A stretch of 32,000 nt of DNA from an uncultured Nitrososphaerota archaeon. Lineage in GTDB: Archaea > Korarchaeota > Korarchaeia > Korarchaeales > Korarchaeaceae. Below are positions 7,844 to 16,701 of the stretch, piece by piece; positions within the stretch are counted from its first letter, which is position 1, and each line of letters begins with the position of its first letter. The translations under genes and the position numbers were made by a program. The DNA lies in assembly GCA_964480775.1 (NCBI GenBank), contig CAYZRF010000005.1:30001-62000 (forward strand). Direction: 5' to 3'. The notes under the pieces are model-generated. The model saw nothing but the letters and a program-made list of their open reading frames with translations, was not told where the DNA came from and ran no database searches.

Positions 7844-8881
7844 ATGCGAATTCTTCCGAGAACGGTTAAATGGGAAAAAGGAAGGGTCATCCTTATAGAC
7901 CAGACTAAACTACCCGAAGACCTCACATTTGTGGAGTGCGAGGATATCGAATGCGTTGCCAACGCGATAGAGGAGATGAAGGTTAGAGGAGCTCCTGCAA
8001 TAGGAGCTACGGCCGCCTATGGATTGGCCCTCGTTGCTTACCATTCAGAAGCGAAAGACGAAGGTAAATTTCTTTTAGAATTGGAAAAGGCCGCTGAAAG
8101 GTTGAGACGGACGAGACCTACTGCGGTAAACCTATTTTGGGCCATAGAAAGGGTAATGAAGGCAGCTAAAGCTGAGAAAAGCCTTGAAAAGATGAAGAAA
8201 AAGGTTTTAGAAGAGGCTCACAAGATAGGAGAGGAGGACATAGAGTCAAACAGGAGAATAGGAGAATATGGCCAAGAACTTATTGAAGATGGACAGACTA
8301 TCATGACAATTTGTAATGCAGGAAGTCTTGCAACCGTACACCTCGGAACAGTCTTGGCCCCCATCTACCTTGCTTGGGAAAAGGGTAAGAACATCAGAGT
8401 ATTTGCTCTTGAGACTAGGCCTGTTTTGCAGGGGGCTAGGCTAACTGCATTTGAATTACACTATGCTGGCATACCGGTTACTTTGATAGTAGATGGGGCG
8501 TCTGGATACATAATGAGAGAAGTGGGGGTGGATCTCGTGCTGGTTGGGGCCGACCGGATACTAAGCGACGGAACTGTATACAACAAAATCGGAACATACA
8601 ACTTAGCTATAATAGCAAAGGAACATGGCGTACCTTTCTATTCGGTTGCTCCAACATCGACCTTCGACTTGAAATCCAGTAGAGAGGACGTTGTTATAGA
8701 ACAAAGGGATCCAACAGAAATTAAGGAGATAAAAGGGATTCAAATCGCCCCTCAAAATGTGGATGTATTAAATCCAGCCTTCGACATGACTCCACCAGAG
8801 TACTTAACAGGAATTCTGACCGAAAAGGGGGTTATAAGACCTCCATTTAAGGAGGCGATAGCCAGACTATTTAATCTCTGA
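7844..8881 (+). CDS. mtnA: S-methyl-5-thioribose-1-phosphate isomerase (aIF-2B alpha/beta/delta family, MtnA type)
   Basis: Contains VILIDQTKLP...VRGAPAIGATAAYGLAL and C-terminal GADRI..DGTV.NKIGTY motifs typical of MtnA/aIF-2BI. Confidence 0.85.
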   Translation: MRILPRTVKWEKGRVILIDQTKLPEDLTFVECEDIECVANAIEEMKVRGAPAIGATAAYGLALVAYHSEAKDEGKFLLELEKAAERLRRTRPTAVNLFWAIERVMKAAKAEKSLEKMKKKVLEEAHKIGEEDIESNRRIGEYGQELIEDGQTIMTICNAGSLATVHLGTVLAPIYLAWEKGKNIRVFALETRPVLQGARLTAFELHYAGIPVTLIVDGASGYIMREVGVDLVLVGADRILSDGTVYNKIGTYNLAIIAKEHGVPFYSVAPTSTFDLKSSREDVVIEQRDPTEIKEIKGIQIAPQNVDVLNPAFDMTPPEYLTGILTEKGVIRPPFKEAIARLFNL

Positions 8882-8920
8882 TTTTTAGCAAATATTTGGA
8901 GATCTAAACTAAAAGAGATG

Positions 8921-9367
8921 TCAGCAGTCTTGCTTTAAGTAATCCATTATTATAGCTGGGCAAATCTTCTTTACTCCAGGGAGTTCTGCAATTTCCTTTA
9001 TTATTTTAGACATCTCTTCTCCATTTTTGGCCCAGATTTCAACCATTATTGCGTGGTCTCCTGTGGTAACACAGACCGATTTTGCAAAAGCTTGTTTGGC
9101 AACCTCCTGAGCAACTGATAGAAGGTTCTCTGACTCAACATCTATCCCCGTAAGAGACACTACCTCGTATCCAAGGGCCTTGGGATTTACTTTAGCAACA
9201 TACCCAAGCAGAACCCCCATTTTTTCAAGCTTTGAAACTCTTTTTCTCACTGCAACGTCGCTTATTTCAAGCTTTTTTGCTATATCAGAGAGGGAAGTCC
9301 TTGCATTTTTCATCAATGTTTTTACTATGACTAGATCCTTTTCATCTATCTTAGCTTTCGTAACCAT
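8921..9367 (-). CDS. Lrp/AsnC family transcriptional regulator
   Basis: N-terminal HTH (DLVIVKTLMKNARTSLSDIAKKLEISDVAVRKRVSKLEKMGVL) plus a C-terminal RAM/AsnC_trans_reg-like domain. Confidence 0.9.
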   Translation of the reverse strand: MVTKAKIDEKDLVIVKTLMKNARTSLSDIAKKLEISDVAVRKRVSKLEKMGVLLGYVAKVNPKALGYEVVSLTGIDVESENLLSVAQEVAKQAFAKSVCVTTGDHAIMVEIWAKNGEEMSKIIKEIAELPGVKKICPAIIMDYLKQDC

Positions 9368-9488
9368 CTTTGTTCTCTGTGTTACATTTTTCTAACTAAT
9401 AAATATGACTATTACACCCTAACATATTTGATAAATGGAATTTTATGGTAGGAATTATAACCCATTTTACAGGAAAGAAAAGGGAAGG

Positions 9489-9653
9489 TCATGAGATTTT
9501 TTCAAAGGCATCTTTATTTGCTCCACAAAAGGGACAAACCCAATCTTTAGGTAAATCCTCAAAAGAAGAGGTTCCTGCAGCGATTCCTCCATCCGAATAG
9601 CCCTTTTCTTCGTCGTATATGAATCCACAAACTGTACAACGCCATTTAACCAT
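9489..9653 (-). CDS. Rubredoxin (54 aa; below the ORF-track size cutoff)
   Basis: Hand translation gives [54 protein letters not shown]. It carries the two CxxCG knuckles and the canonical FEDLPDDWVCPxCG-type motif. Confidence 0.85.
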   Translation of the reverse strand: MVKWRCTVCGFIYDEEKGYSDGGIAAGTSSFEDLPKDWVCPFCGANKDAFEKIS

Positions 9654-9699
9654 ATATCCTCACATCTCAAATATTTTCAAAACAATCATCTTGCTCTTT

Positions 9700-10203
9700 T
9701 TAGAACTCCTTAAATCTCTCTTTAGGAAGCCCACAGACAGGACATCTGTCAGGAGGTTCTCCTTCAACGGTATATCCGCATCTTGGACATATGTACACAT
9801 TTTCGAGTTCTATATCCTTCTCCTCCATTATGATCTGCATAGTTTTGGAATATAGGGCGACATGAATTTTTTCGGCCTCCAAAGCATATCTAGTGCTTCT
9901 TTCAGCCCCTTTCTCCCCTTGCATCTTTGCTGTGTTGTTGTAAACTGGATACATCTCCTGGACCTCGTAGTTCTCTCCATCGATAGCAACCCGTAGGTTG
10001 TCCTTCGTAACGCTCACTAGTCCAAGTTCTTCGAGGTGATTTTTAGCATGAACATATTCAGCGTAAGCAATTGCTCTAAAAAGCCTTGCCACGTTTTTTA
10101 ATCCCTCTTCTTCTGCTTTTTCTGCAAAGATGAGGTACTTCATGTGAGCTTGGCTTTCACCAGAAAAAGCAGCCTTAAGAAACTCTTCGGTCATCTTTTT
10201 CAT
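9700..10203 (-). CDS. rbr: Rubrerythrin (ferritin-like diiron domain plus C-terminal rubredoxin-like CxxC...CxxC)
   Basis: ESQAHMKYL...YAEYVHA...ALEAEKIH diiron ligand motifs. C-terminus CPRCGY...CPVCG. I prefer the start at MKKMTEE (ATG 10203, preceded by GGTG) over the longer ORF start at 10236. Confidence 0.9.
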   Translation of the reverse strand: MKKMTEEFLKAAFSGESQAHMKYLIFAEKAEEEGLKNVARLFRAIAYAEYVHAKNHLEELGLVSVTKDNLRVAIDGENYEVQEMYPVYNNTAKMQGEKGAERSTRYALEAEKIHVALYSKTMQIIMEEKDIELENVYICPRCGYTVEGEPPDRCPVCGLPKERFKEF

Positions 10204-10347
10204 GATTTCACCCACCATATACATATCTGAGAACATTTAAGGTTAACTCTTTAAACCATAAAGGTTATCTTTGCCACATAAAGATGGCATTCGTTCTGCT
10301 AAACGAAAGGCGTCATACGCCAGTGGACATTCTCTTTCTATAATTTT

Positions 10348-11460
10348 CTACATGAACCTCAGTATATCTTTCAATTTGGACAGAGATTCAATGATAGGGA
10401 CCCCTATGGGCTCTGAAAAACTTGATTTTTTATTTTCTGAAAAAAGAACAGATCTCAGCCCTATGCTTAATGGAACTTTAACGTCAGTAGCGCAATTATC
10501 CCCAACAAAGATAGAATAGTCCCTATTTATCCTAAGCAAGGATAACATGATCTTGTATGAGTTCGGATTGATCTTGTTCATGCCTAGATCTTCACTATAT
10601 ACCCTGGCATCTATCATTTCAAGCAGACCAGCTGATGAGAGCTTTGCTTCCTGCCATTTTCTTATTCCGTCAGAGAAAATGTAAACCTTAACTCCAAAAT
10701 CCCTCAACCATCTAAGGACATCCTTTGCACCATTAACAAGTTTCAAGTTATCCAATACGAGTTTCCAGTATTCCTCCTCCAGAGAACTCGATTCCACATT
10801 AATTCTCAATTTTTTGATCAGATCTGCGAATATGGGGGTCTTTCGGTATCTCTCTGGGGACTCTGGATATTTATCATATCTCTTCTGTTTTAATGTGTTA
10901 TAAGCACTTAGAAAATCCTCTGGTCTTTTCATGTACTTTCTACCCAACATAGAAAGTGCTAAATCCCTCGCATCATTGTACTTTACCAATGTGTTATCCA
11001 AATCAAATATTACGGACTTTACTCTCTCCAAAAATCCATAGGTACCGCCTAGCTCTATAAAGGCAGATTCAAGTTCAATTCTAGCGGTTTCTAGTGATTT
11101 ACCCATAAAGAAAAGATGAGAAGGACAGTTACAGTCACTACAGCCAAAAGAAGGAATTGGACGTCCCTTTATCATGCTGGCGAGCCTGTGCTCCTCACTG
11201 TTATCATGAGTCTCCATGTAGATTGCTGTCATAGGGATGAAGCTAGGATGAACTATTAAGTAGTCGATGTGCCACCTCAGCTTCTTATACTTAGTAAAGT
11301 GCCTCTCTACCCTTTTCTCAAGGTTAGTCATAGCAGAACCTACATATGCATAGTATCCTTCTTTGAAGCGGATGGATCCCAAGGATCCTATCGTTATGTC
11401 TGAGTCTGACGTAAGCCTACCAATCAGACAGTAGATCCCTTTCAACCCGGTGTCCTTCAA
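10348..11460 (-). CDS. Fusion protein: N-terminal DUF123 (GIY-YIG/Uri-superfamily nuclease-like), C-terminal HAD-superfamily phosphatase
   Basis: N-terminal part: GIYCLIG...GYYAYVGSA...RHF...WHIDYL...FGCSDCNCPSHLF, the DUF123 signature. C-terminal part: FDLDNTLV (motif I), IFSDG (motif II) and VGDNCATDV (motif IV) with a helical cap between them. The TTG start overlaps the gyaR stop. Confidence 0.8.
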   Translation of the reverse strand: MKDTGLKGIYCLIGRLTSDSDITIGSLGSIRFKEGYYAYVGSAMTNLEKRVERHFTKYKKLRWHIDYLIVHPSFIPMTAIYMETHDNSEEHRLASMIKGRPIPSFGCSDCNCPSHLFFMGKSLETARIELESAFIELGGTYGFLERVKSVIFDLDNTLVKYNDARDLALSMLGRKYMKRPEDFLSAYNTLKQKRYDKYPESPERYRKTPIFADLIKKLRINVESSSLEEEYWKLVLDNLKLVNGAKDVLRWLRDFGVKVYIFSDGIRKWQEAKLSSAGLLEMIDARVYSEDLGMNKINPNSYKIMLSLLRINRDYSIFVGDNCATDVKVPLSIGLRSVLFSENKKSSFSEPIGVPIIESLSKLKDILRFM

Positions 11461-12452
11461 AAGCCAGGGGGTCTAACCTTCATCACGTCAGGATTGACGA
11501 GAGTTGGTGGTTTCTTACCTTCCTTGAAAACTATGAGGTTTTCTGCCACTATCTCGGCCATCCTAGATCTGGTCTCTAGGCTGGCGCTAGCTATGTGTGG
11601 GGCAACTACAACGTTATCCAATTCAAGGAGGGGGTTGTCTGGAGGTGTTGGTTCTTCGTAGAAGACATCAAGAGCAGCTCCAGCTATCCAGCCCTCTTTT
11701 AAGGCCTTTACTAATGCCTTTTCATCAATAACTTTCCCTCTAGACGTATTTACCAAGTAAGCAGTAGGATTCATCAGTTTTAGCTCCTTTTCCCCTATAA
11801 GATCCTTTGTATTTGGAGTTAGAGGAACATGAAGTGTTACGAAATCAGATTCTTTAAGGAGAGTTTCCAGATCAACATATTTTATCCCTAGCTCTTTTTC
11901 TAAATCCTCTCTTCTAAATACATCATAATACAATATCTTCATGTTGAAACCCTTCGCTCTGCGAGCAACTGCTGATCCTATTCTACCAAGACCAACTATT
12001 CCTAAGGTTGCTCCGTACAGATCTGTTCCGAGAAAATAGAGAGGATGCCAACCAACTTTCCACTTACCCTGTCTAATGTACTTGTCAGCCTCAACGATCC
12101 TCCTAGCAATAGCCATCATTAAGGCCATCGTGAAGTCAGCTACAGTTTCTGTTAACACTCCTGGAGTGTTTGTGACATATATTCCTCTCTCTGTCGCTGC
12201 TTTAACGTCTATGTTGTCATAGCCCACAGCATATTGTGATATAATCCTTAGTTTGGGGGCTGCATCCATAACTTCAGCATCTATAGGATCTGTTAGTAAA
12301 GGAACTAAGGCATCGACGTCCTTAACCCTCTCTATTATAACATCCTTGGGCGGAGGAGCCTCCTCAGGCCAAAGATCAACTTCAAAATGCTCCTTTATTC
12401 TATTCAAACCCCTTTCAGGGATCTCTCTAGTCATAAAGAGCTTAGGCTTCAT
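11457..12452 (-). CDS. gyaR: Glyoxylate/hydroxypyruvate reductase (D-2-hydroxyacid dehydrogenase family)
   Basis: Collinear with Pyrococcus GyaR as I recall it: MKPK.F.TREIPE..., NAD motif GIVGLGRIGSAVARRA, catalytic ...NTSRG...PHIASAS, and C-terminus PPTLVN. Confidence 0.9.
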   Translation of the reverse strand: MKPKLFMTREIPERGLNRIKEHFEVDLWPEEAPPPKDVIIERVKDVDALVPLLTDPIDAEVMDAAPKLRIISQYAVGYDNIDVKAATERGIYVTNTPGVLTETVADFTMALMMAIARRIVEADKYIRQGKWKVGWHPLYFLGTDLYGATLGIVGLGRIGSAVARRAKGFNMKILYYDVFRREDLEKELGIKYVDLETLLKESDFVTLHVPLTPNTKDLIGEKELKLMNPTAYLVNTSRGKVIDEKALVKALKEGWIAGAALDVFYEEPTPPDNPLLELDNVVVAPHIASASLETRSRMAEIVAENLIVFKEGKKPPTLVNPDVMKVRPPGF

Positions 12453-12511
12453 ACTTATCCCATTACATTGTTTGAAGATTTCCTAAAAAGTGATGACCTA
12501 TTTAGGTGAAA

Positions 12512-13153
12512 CTACCTGAACACAAAGCCTTTCTCAGAATACCAAAGGTACAAATCCAACTCAGCTAAGCTCGCATTACATAATCTGGCAATTTCTCTCA
12601 GCTTATCCTCAAGATAAACATATCTTTTCCTCGTCAATGTCCTTGGAATCTCCTGAACGATATCATACTTTACCATCGTCCTGAGAATGTGCCTGTCTAA
12701 TATAGCCAGGTCCTTCCTACCAATATTCCTCAGAAAGTGACTGGCTTCCTTCATCCCAAATCCCTTTATTCTATTCTTCAGCCACTCTCTGGCCTCAAAA
12801 TCAACAAGTTTAGGTACGGTTCCGTATACCTCATCTAACTTGCTTCTAGCCCCAACAATAAAGGAGGCTTTTGTGTTATAGAACCTGTAACCCTTTGTTT
12901 TTAGAAAATAGAGAATTTCTTCTTTGCTTCCTGAGATCAGTAGCCCGGATCTCTCCAGTTCGAGTGCCATCCCATAGGCTTTTACGGCTGAAAAGTTGGC
13001 TGCCAAGATGCAAAAAACCATCTCCTTCAACCAAACATGCTTGCCAGAATTTCCAATTAGTTCAAATTCCTTAAGCCGGCCCTCTACCTCTTTTCTAACC
13101 GTGATATCTTTCCTAAGGTCTCTTACCTTATTTGCGAGTTCGGCAGATCCCAT
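12512..13153 (-). CDS. ogg: N-glycosylase/DNA lyase (archaeal Ogg2-type 8-oxoguanine DNA glycosylase)
   Basis: Strong resemblance to the MJ0724-type Ogg: FCILAANFSA..., HhH-GPD region IKGFGMKEASHFLRNIG..LAILDRHIL, and C-terminus ELDLYLWY. Confidence 0.88.
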   Translation of the reverse strand: MGSAELANKVRDLRKDITVRKEVEGRLKEFELIGNSGKHVWLKEMVFCILAANFSAVKAYGMALELERSGLLISGSKEEILYFLKTKGYRFYNTKASFIVGARSKLDEVYGTVPKLVDFEAREWLKNRIKGFGMKEASHFLRNIGRKDLAILDRHILRTMVKYDIVQEIPRTLTRKRYVYLEDKLREIARLCNASLAELDLYLWYSEKGFVFR

Positions 13154-13231
13154 TGTTTATCACTCGCCTTGCGTTACGGTTAAGTATTGCTTTGCACATC
13201 CGATAATTACGAAGGGAGTATAGTGATTAAA

Positions 13232-14185
13232 ATGTCTGAAGAAGATTTCGTGGAAGTCCTGAAAGGGCTGCCTGGCGTAGGAAATGTGACGGCAAAAAAG
13301 CTCATTGAAGCAGGTTATGTTACGCTTGAGTCTATAGCTTTGAGCACTCCTGCGGAGCTAGTAGTTAACGCTGGATTGACTGAATCTACAGCTAAGAAGG
13401 TGATAAACTCTGCAAGACAGAAGTTGAGCATTGAGGTAACTACTGCCTACGACTATTATCTCAAGAAAAAGGAAACTTTGAGAATAACTACAGGATCAAA
13501 GAATCTTGATGATCTATTGGGAGGAGGAGTTGAAACGCAATCAATCACCGAGATATATGGGCCCTATGGTTCTGGGAAAACTCAACTGGCCCACCAACTG
13601 GCTGTCACAGTTCAACTTCCAATTGAAAAGGGAGGAATAGATAGAGGATGTCTTTTCATAGACACAGAAGGGACTTTCAGGCCGGAAAGAGTGATGCAGA
13701 TAGCTGAAGCTTTTGATATAGACCCCGGTGAGGCGTTAAAGCGCATACTTTATGCAAGAGCATATACGAGTGATCATCAAATATTAGTTACAGCGAAAGC
13801 AGAAAAGATGCTAAAGAAAGAAAATATAGGTCTGATAGTCGTTGATTCTCTTATAAGCCACTTTAGAGGGGAGTACACTGGAAGAGAAACTCTTGCAGAA
13901 AGACAACAAAAGCTAAACAAGTACATTCACATGCTCTTGAAATATGCTACTGGCTATAATTTAGCTGTTCTTGTTACTAATCAAGTAATGGCGGATCCAA
14001 GCACCTTCTTTGGTGATCCTACAAGACCAACAGGCGGTCATGTGATAGGTCATGGAGTCACAACCAGGCTATACATTAGACGTGGTAAGGAGGGTAGAAG
14101 GGTCATAAAACTTACGAAGAGTCCTTATCTACCAGAAGGATCTGTTGAGATAATGATAACCGACAAAGGCATCGTTGATGTTTAA
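13232..14185 (+). CDS. radA: DNA repair and recombination protein RadA
   Basis: N-terminal HhH (LPGVGNVTAKKLIEAGY), Walker A GPYGSGKTQ, Walker B LIVVDSL and the Rad51/RadA core. I prefer the start at MSEEDF (ATG 13232) over the TTG at 13187. Confidence 0.96.
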   Translation: MSEEDFVEVLKGLPGVGNVTAKKLIEAGYVTLESIALSTPAELVVNAGLTESTAKKVINSARQKLSIEVTTAYDYYLKKKETLRITTGSKNLDDLLGGGVETQSITEIYGPYGSGKTQLAHQLAVTVQLPIEKGGIDRGCLFIDTEGTFRPERVMQIAEAFDIDPGEALKRILYARAYTSDHQILVTAKAEKMLKKENIGLIVVDSLISHFRGEYTGRETLAERQQKLNKYIHMLLKYATGYNLAVLVTNQVMADPSTFFGDPTRPTGGHVIGHGVTTRLYIRRGKEGRRVIKLTKSPYLPEGSVEIMITDKGIVDV

Positions 14186-14437
14186 ATGGGTGGTGAACAG
14201 CTTCTGCTGCATGACGACTGGATAGAATTTGAAGGAAAAAAGATAAGGCTGAAAAAGGGCATGAGAGTCTCTCATTTAATGAGAGGTCTGAGAGTATCCC
14301 CTCTAACCCACATAGCTATAGTAAATGGAAGACCAGTACCTGAAGACTACCCCTTGGAGCCCAAAGACTCCGTAGAATTTCTCATGTTCACAGTTCACAA
14401 AGAAATGGGTGGCGTTCAGCGTGAGAAGACCTTGTGA
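14186..14437 (+). CDS. ThiS/MoaD/TtuB-like beta-grasp (ubiquitin-fold) small protein with an internal Gly-Gly
   Basis: The ATG directly follows the radA TAA. The pattern ...LRVSPLTHIAIVNGRPVPEDYPLEPKDSVEFLMF..MGG resembles sulfur-carrier ThiS/TtuB proteins. Seven residues (VQREKTL) follow the GG. The 3' end overlaps the next gene by 29 nt. Confidence 0.6.
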   Translation: MGGEQLLLHDDWIEFEGKKIRLKKGMRVSHLMRGLRVSPLTHIAIVNGRPVPEDYPLEPKDSVEFLMFTVHKEMGGVQREKTL

Positions 14438-15368
14438 TCGCTGTGGTGAGAGAGAAGCGGTCATAAGAATCGAAAGCCTGAATGAGAGCATATGCGATAA
14501 GTGCTTATCGGTTAGGATTTGGAGAAGGGTTAAATCAGTTTTGGATCACGAGATTGAAGACGGAGATGTCATAGTAAGTGCTCTATCTGGAGGAAAAGAC
14601 AGCTCGCTCATGTTATATTACTTGTGGAAATACAAGAAGGAGTTGGACAGGGACTTTGATATAGTTGCTGTGACAATAGATGAGGGGACATGTTATAGAG
14701 CAGAATCGATATCTAAGGCAAAAGAGTTTACATCTAGGCTTGGGGTTAAGCACAGAATAGTGAAAATGAGCGAAATATTTGCCTTTTCAATACCACAAGT
14801 ACAAATTCTACTTTCAAAAACCAAAATAAAAAGAGATCTGTGCACTTATTGTGGAGTATTTAGGAGACAAGCGCTGAACATTGTAGCTAGGGAAGAGGGA
14901 GCAACAAAAGTAGCAACCGGGCACAATTTGGACGATATGACTCAGACACTATTCATGAACTTAATAAGAGGAGATATAAGCGCAATGGCACGCCTTTTTT
15001 CCAAAGCTCCGCTTACAACGAAACTAATTCCAAGAATAAGACCATTAACCAAAGTTCCAGAGAAAGAAGTAGCGGTTCAGGCCTTATTGCTTGGAATTCC
15101 TGCTCATTTCGGCAAATGTCCAATGGTATCAGGAATGAGAGTTAGAGTAAGAAGGCTTATAGACAGCTTTGAAGAGCAAAGCCCCGGATTTAAGGAAAGA
15201 GCATTCGACTTTATTGAGAGACTCGTTAAAAAGGCCATTCCAGAACTTACACGTAACTTCGAACTGAAATATTGTAAGCTTTGTGGAGAACCAACGACTC
15301 AGGAACTGTGCAAAGTCTGTCAGTTTAAACAAGAGCTAGAAACAGAGTTAGCAACTACAGTTGGCTAA
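14409..15368 (+). CDS. tRNA 2-thiolation PP-loop ATPase (TtuA / NcsA-Ncs6 family)
   Basis: PP-loop SGGKDSS. N- and C-terminal zinc fingers (CDRCG...CDKC and CKLCG...CKVC). Fe-S ligand candidates CTYCG and GKCP. Start is GTG 14409, with GTG 14421 as an alternative. Confidence 0.85.
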   Translation: MAFSVRRPCDRCGEREAVIRIESLNESICDKCLSVRIWRRVKSVLDHEIEDGDVIVSALSGGKDSSLMLYYLWKYKKELDRDFDIVAVTIDEGTCYRAESISKAKEFTSRLGVKHRIVKMSEIFAFSIPQVQILLSKTKIKRDLCTYCGVFRRQALNIVAREEGATKVATGHNLDDMTQTLFMNLIRGDISAMARLFSKAPLTTKLIPRIRPLTKVPEKEVAVQALLLGIPAHFGKCPMVSGMRVRVRRLIDSFEEQSPGFKERAFDFIERLVKKAIPELTRNFELKYCKLCGEPTTQELCKVCQFKQELETELATTVG

Positions 15369-16677
15369 GTGAGAGCGGCACGAGTTCTTCTGGTTTTGGT
15401 ATAAAGGGAACTTCAGCTGCTTTAGGCCTTAGACCGTATTCTAGAGCTCTATTTGAGTAGTTAAGAATCAGCCTCATGAGATTCCTTCCCATTACAGTAC
15501 CTATTCCTCCTCTAATACACCTAAGCTCGTCAAATCTACCAACATCATCTTCTAGAATTCCTTTCCCAGAGATTAATAATGGAACAGGATCTCCTGAATG
15601 TTTTCCTAAAGAACAAGGTGTTGAGTGATCGCCTGTCAAGAGTACTAAATAATCTTCTGATAGATCCAACAAAGGTTCTAAAGCATCATTTATCCTCTCA
15701 AGTATCTTAACTTTAAGATAGGGGTCTTTCATATGAGATGCAACGTCTGTGGCCTTTATGTGAACAAATACAAAGTCAAACTTTGATTCCAACGCACCTA
15801 TTCCTTTTCTAATCTTACCTTTGAAGTTAGAGTTAGGCAAACCAGTTGCTCCCTCGACTTCCAATAATTCCATCCCCACGCTTCTAGCAATGCCCCTGTA
15901 CAAAGGTCCGACAGCTATGGCAGCGGATTTGAGTCCCCATTTCTCCTTAAAGCTAGAGATCTGTAATTTAGTAGCCGCTCCCCTAGGTAGAACTATGTTT
16001 GCTGGCAATAACCCGGACCGCTTCCTTTCCACATTTATATCTAGGTCTTTGAGTATTTCGTATGATTTTAGAACGAACTCCTTTAGAGCAAGCGCGGTTT
16101 TCTTCGCCCCAAGATGTGAGACAATAGGCTGTGGCTCCAAGACAGGATATCCTTTCTCATGAGGGTCCACATCAGTCACTTGAGGTTTGAGATCAGGTCC
16201 TTTTAGGATCAGGATTCCTCTATGTTCTAATGTATGCATGAGAATCGCTTTTACCTCTCCATTCATCAAGTCCATTTCTTTAACAGCCGAAGCAACCAAC
16301 TCAGCGTCTTTTCCTGAAATTCGACCAGCCCGTCTGTCTTTCACGATTAAATTCTTACCTTCTCTCTCAACAGTTCCAAAATTTACTCTAAAAACGATAT
16401 CACCATATTCGATCTTTACATCCCAACCCAAGGCTTCAAAATAGCCTCTTCCGGGATATTCTCTTTTAATATCGTACCCTAGCATTGAAAGTTGGGCAGT
16501 ATCACTTCCTGGAGGTATTCCAGGGCCCAACGGATAATGCCTTCCAACCATCCCAGTAGCTGCTAGCAAATCGAAACTAGGGATATCTGCCTTTTGGAGT
16601 GGAGTAAGTCCGTTTAACTCCCTACAGGGCCTATCTCCTAGTCCATCTAATATTATGAAGCAAACCTTTCTTTGCAT
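15355..16677 (-). CDS. apgM: 2,3-bisphosphoglycerate-independent phosphoglycerate mutase, archaeal type
   Basis: VCFIILDGLGDRP..., TGDHSTP and HIKATD motifs. I prefer the start at MQRKVCF (ATG 16677) because the AT-rich box at 16702-16711 is then ~25-34 nt upstream. The longer ORF reaches 16701. Confidence 0.9.
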   Translation of the reverse strand: MQRKVCFIILDGLGDRPCRELNGLTPLQKADIPSFDLLAATGMVGRHYPLGPGIPPGSDTAQLSMLGYDIKREYPGRGYFEALGWDVKIEYGDIVFRVNFGTVEREGKNLIVKDRRAGRISGKDAELVASAVKEMDLMNGEVKAILMHTLEHRGILILKGPDLKPQVTDVDPHEKGYPVLEPQPIVSHLGAKKTALALKEFVLKSYEILKDLDINVERKRSGLLPANIVLPRGAATKLQISSFKEKWGLKSAAIAVGPLYRGIARSVGMELLEVEGATGLPNSNFKGKIRKGIGALESKFDFVFVHIKATDVASHMKDPYLKVKILERINDALEPLLDLSEDYLVLLTGDHSTPCSLGKHSGDPVPLLISGKGILEDDVGRFDELRCIRGGIGTVMGRNLMRLILNYSNRALEYGLRPKAAEVPFIPKPEELVPLSLSQL

Positions 16678-16701
16678 AAGGGTCGTTTTAATTGATAGCA
16701 T

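Noticed and set aside
9467-9670. The 67-aa minus-strand ORF from the track.
   Set aside because: It is in the wrong frame. The same DNA in another minus-strand frame encodes a canonical rubredoxin (9489-9653).
10290-10321. Two adjacent small hairpins (TTCGTT-N6-AACGAA and GGCGT-CAT-ACGCC) between the DUF123-HAD stop and the rbr promoter.
   Set aside because: The stems are only 5-6 bp, with no T-tract and no way to assess conservation. They could be a terminator or an operator, but this cannot be told apart from chance by eye.
12490-12519. C/D-box sRNA-like elements on the + strand: GTGATGA (12490-12496) and CTGA (12516-12519).
   Set aside because: Only 19 nt separate the boxes, which is too short for guide regions. 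There is no C'/D' pair and no terminal stem, and the D box lies inside the ogg stop region. It is most likely chance.
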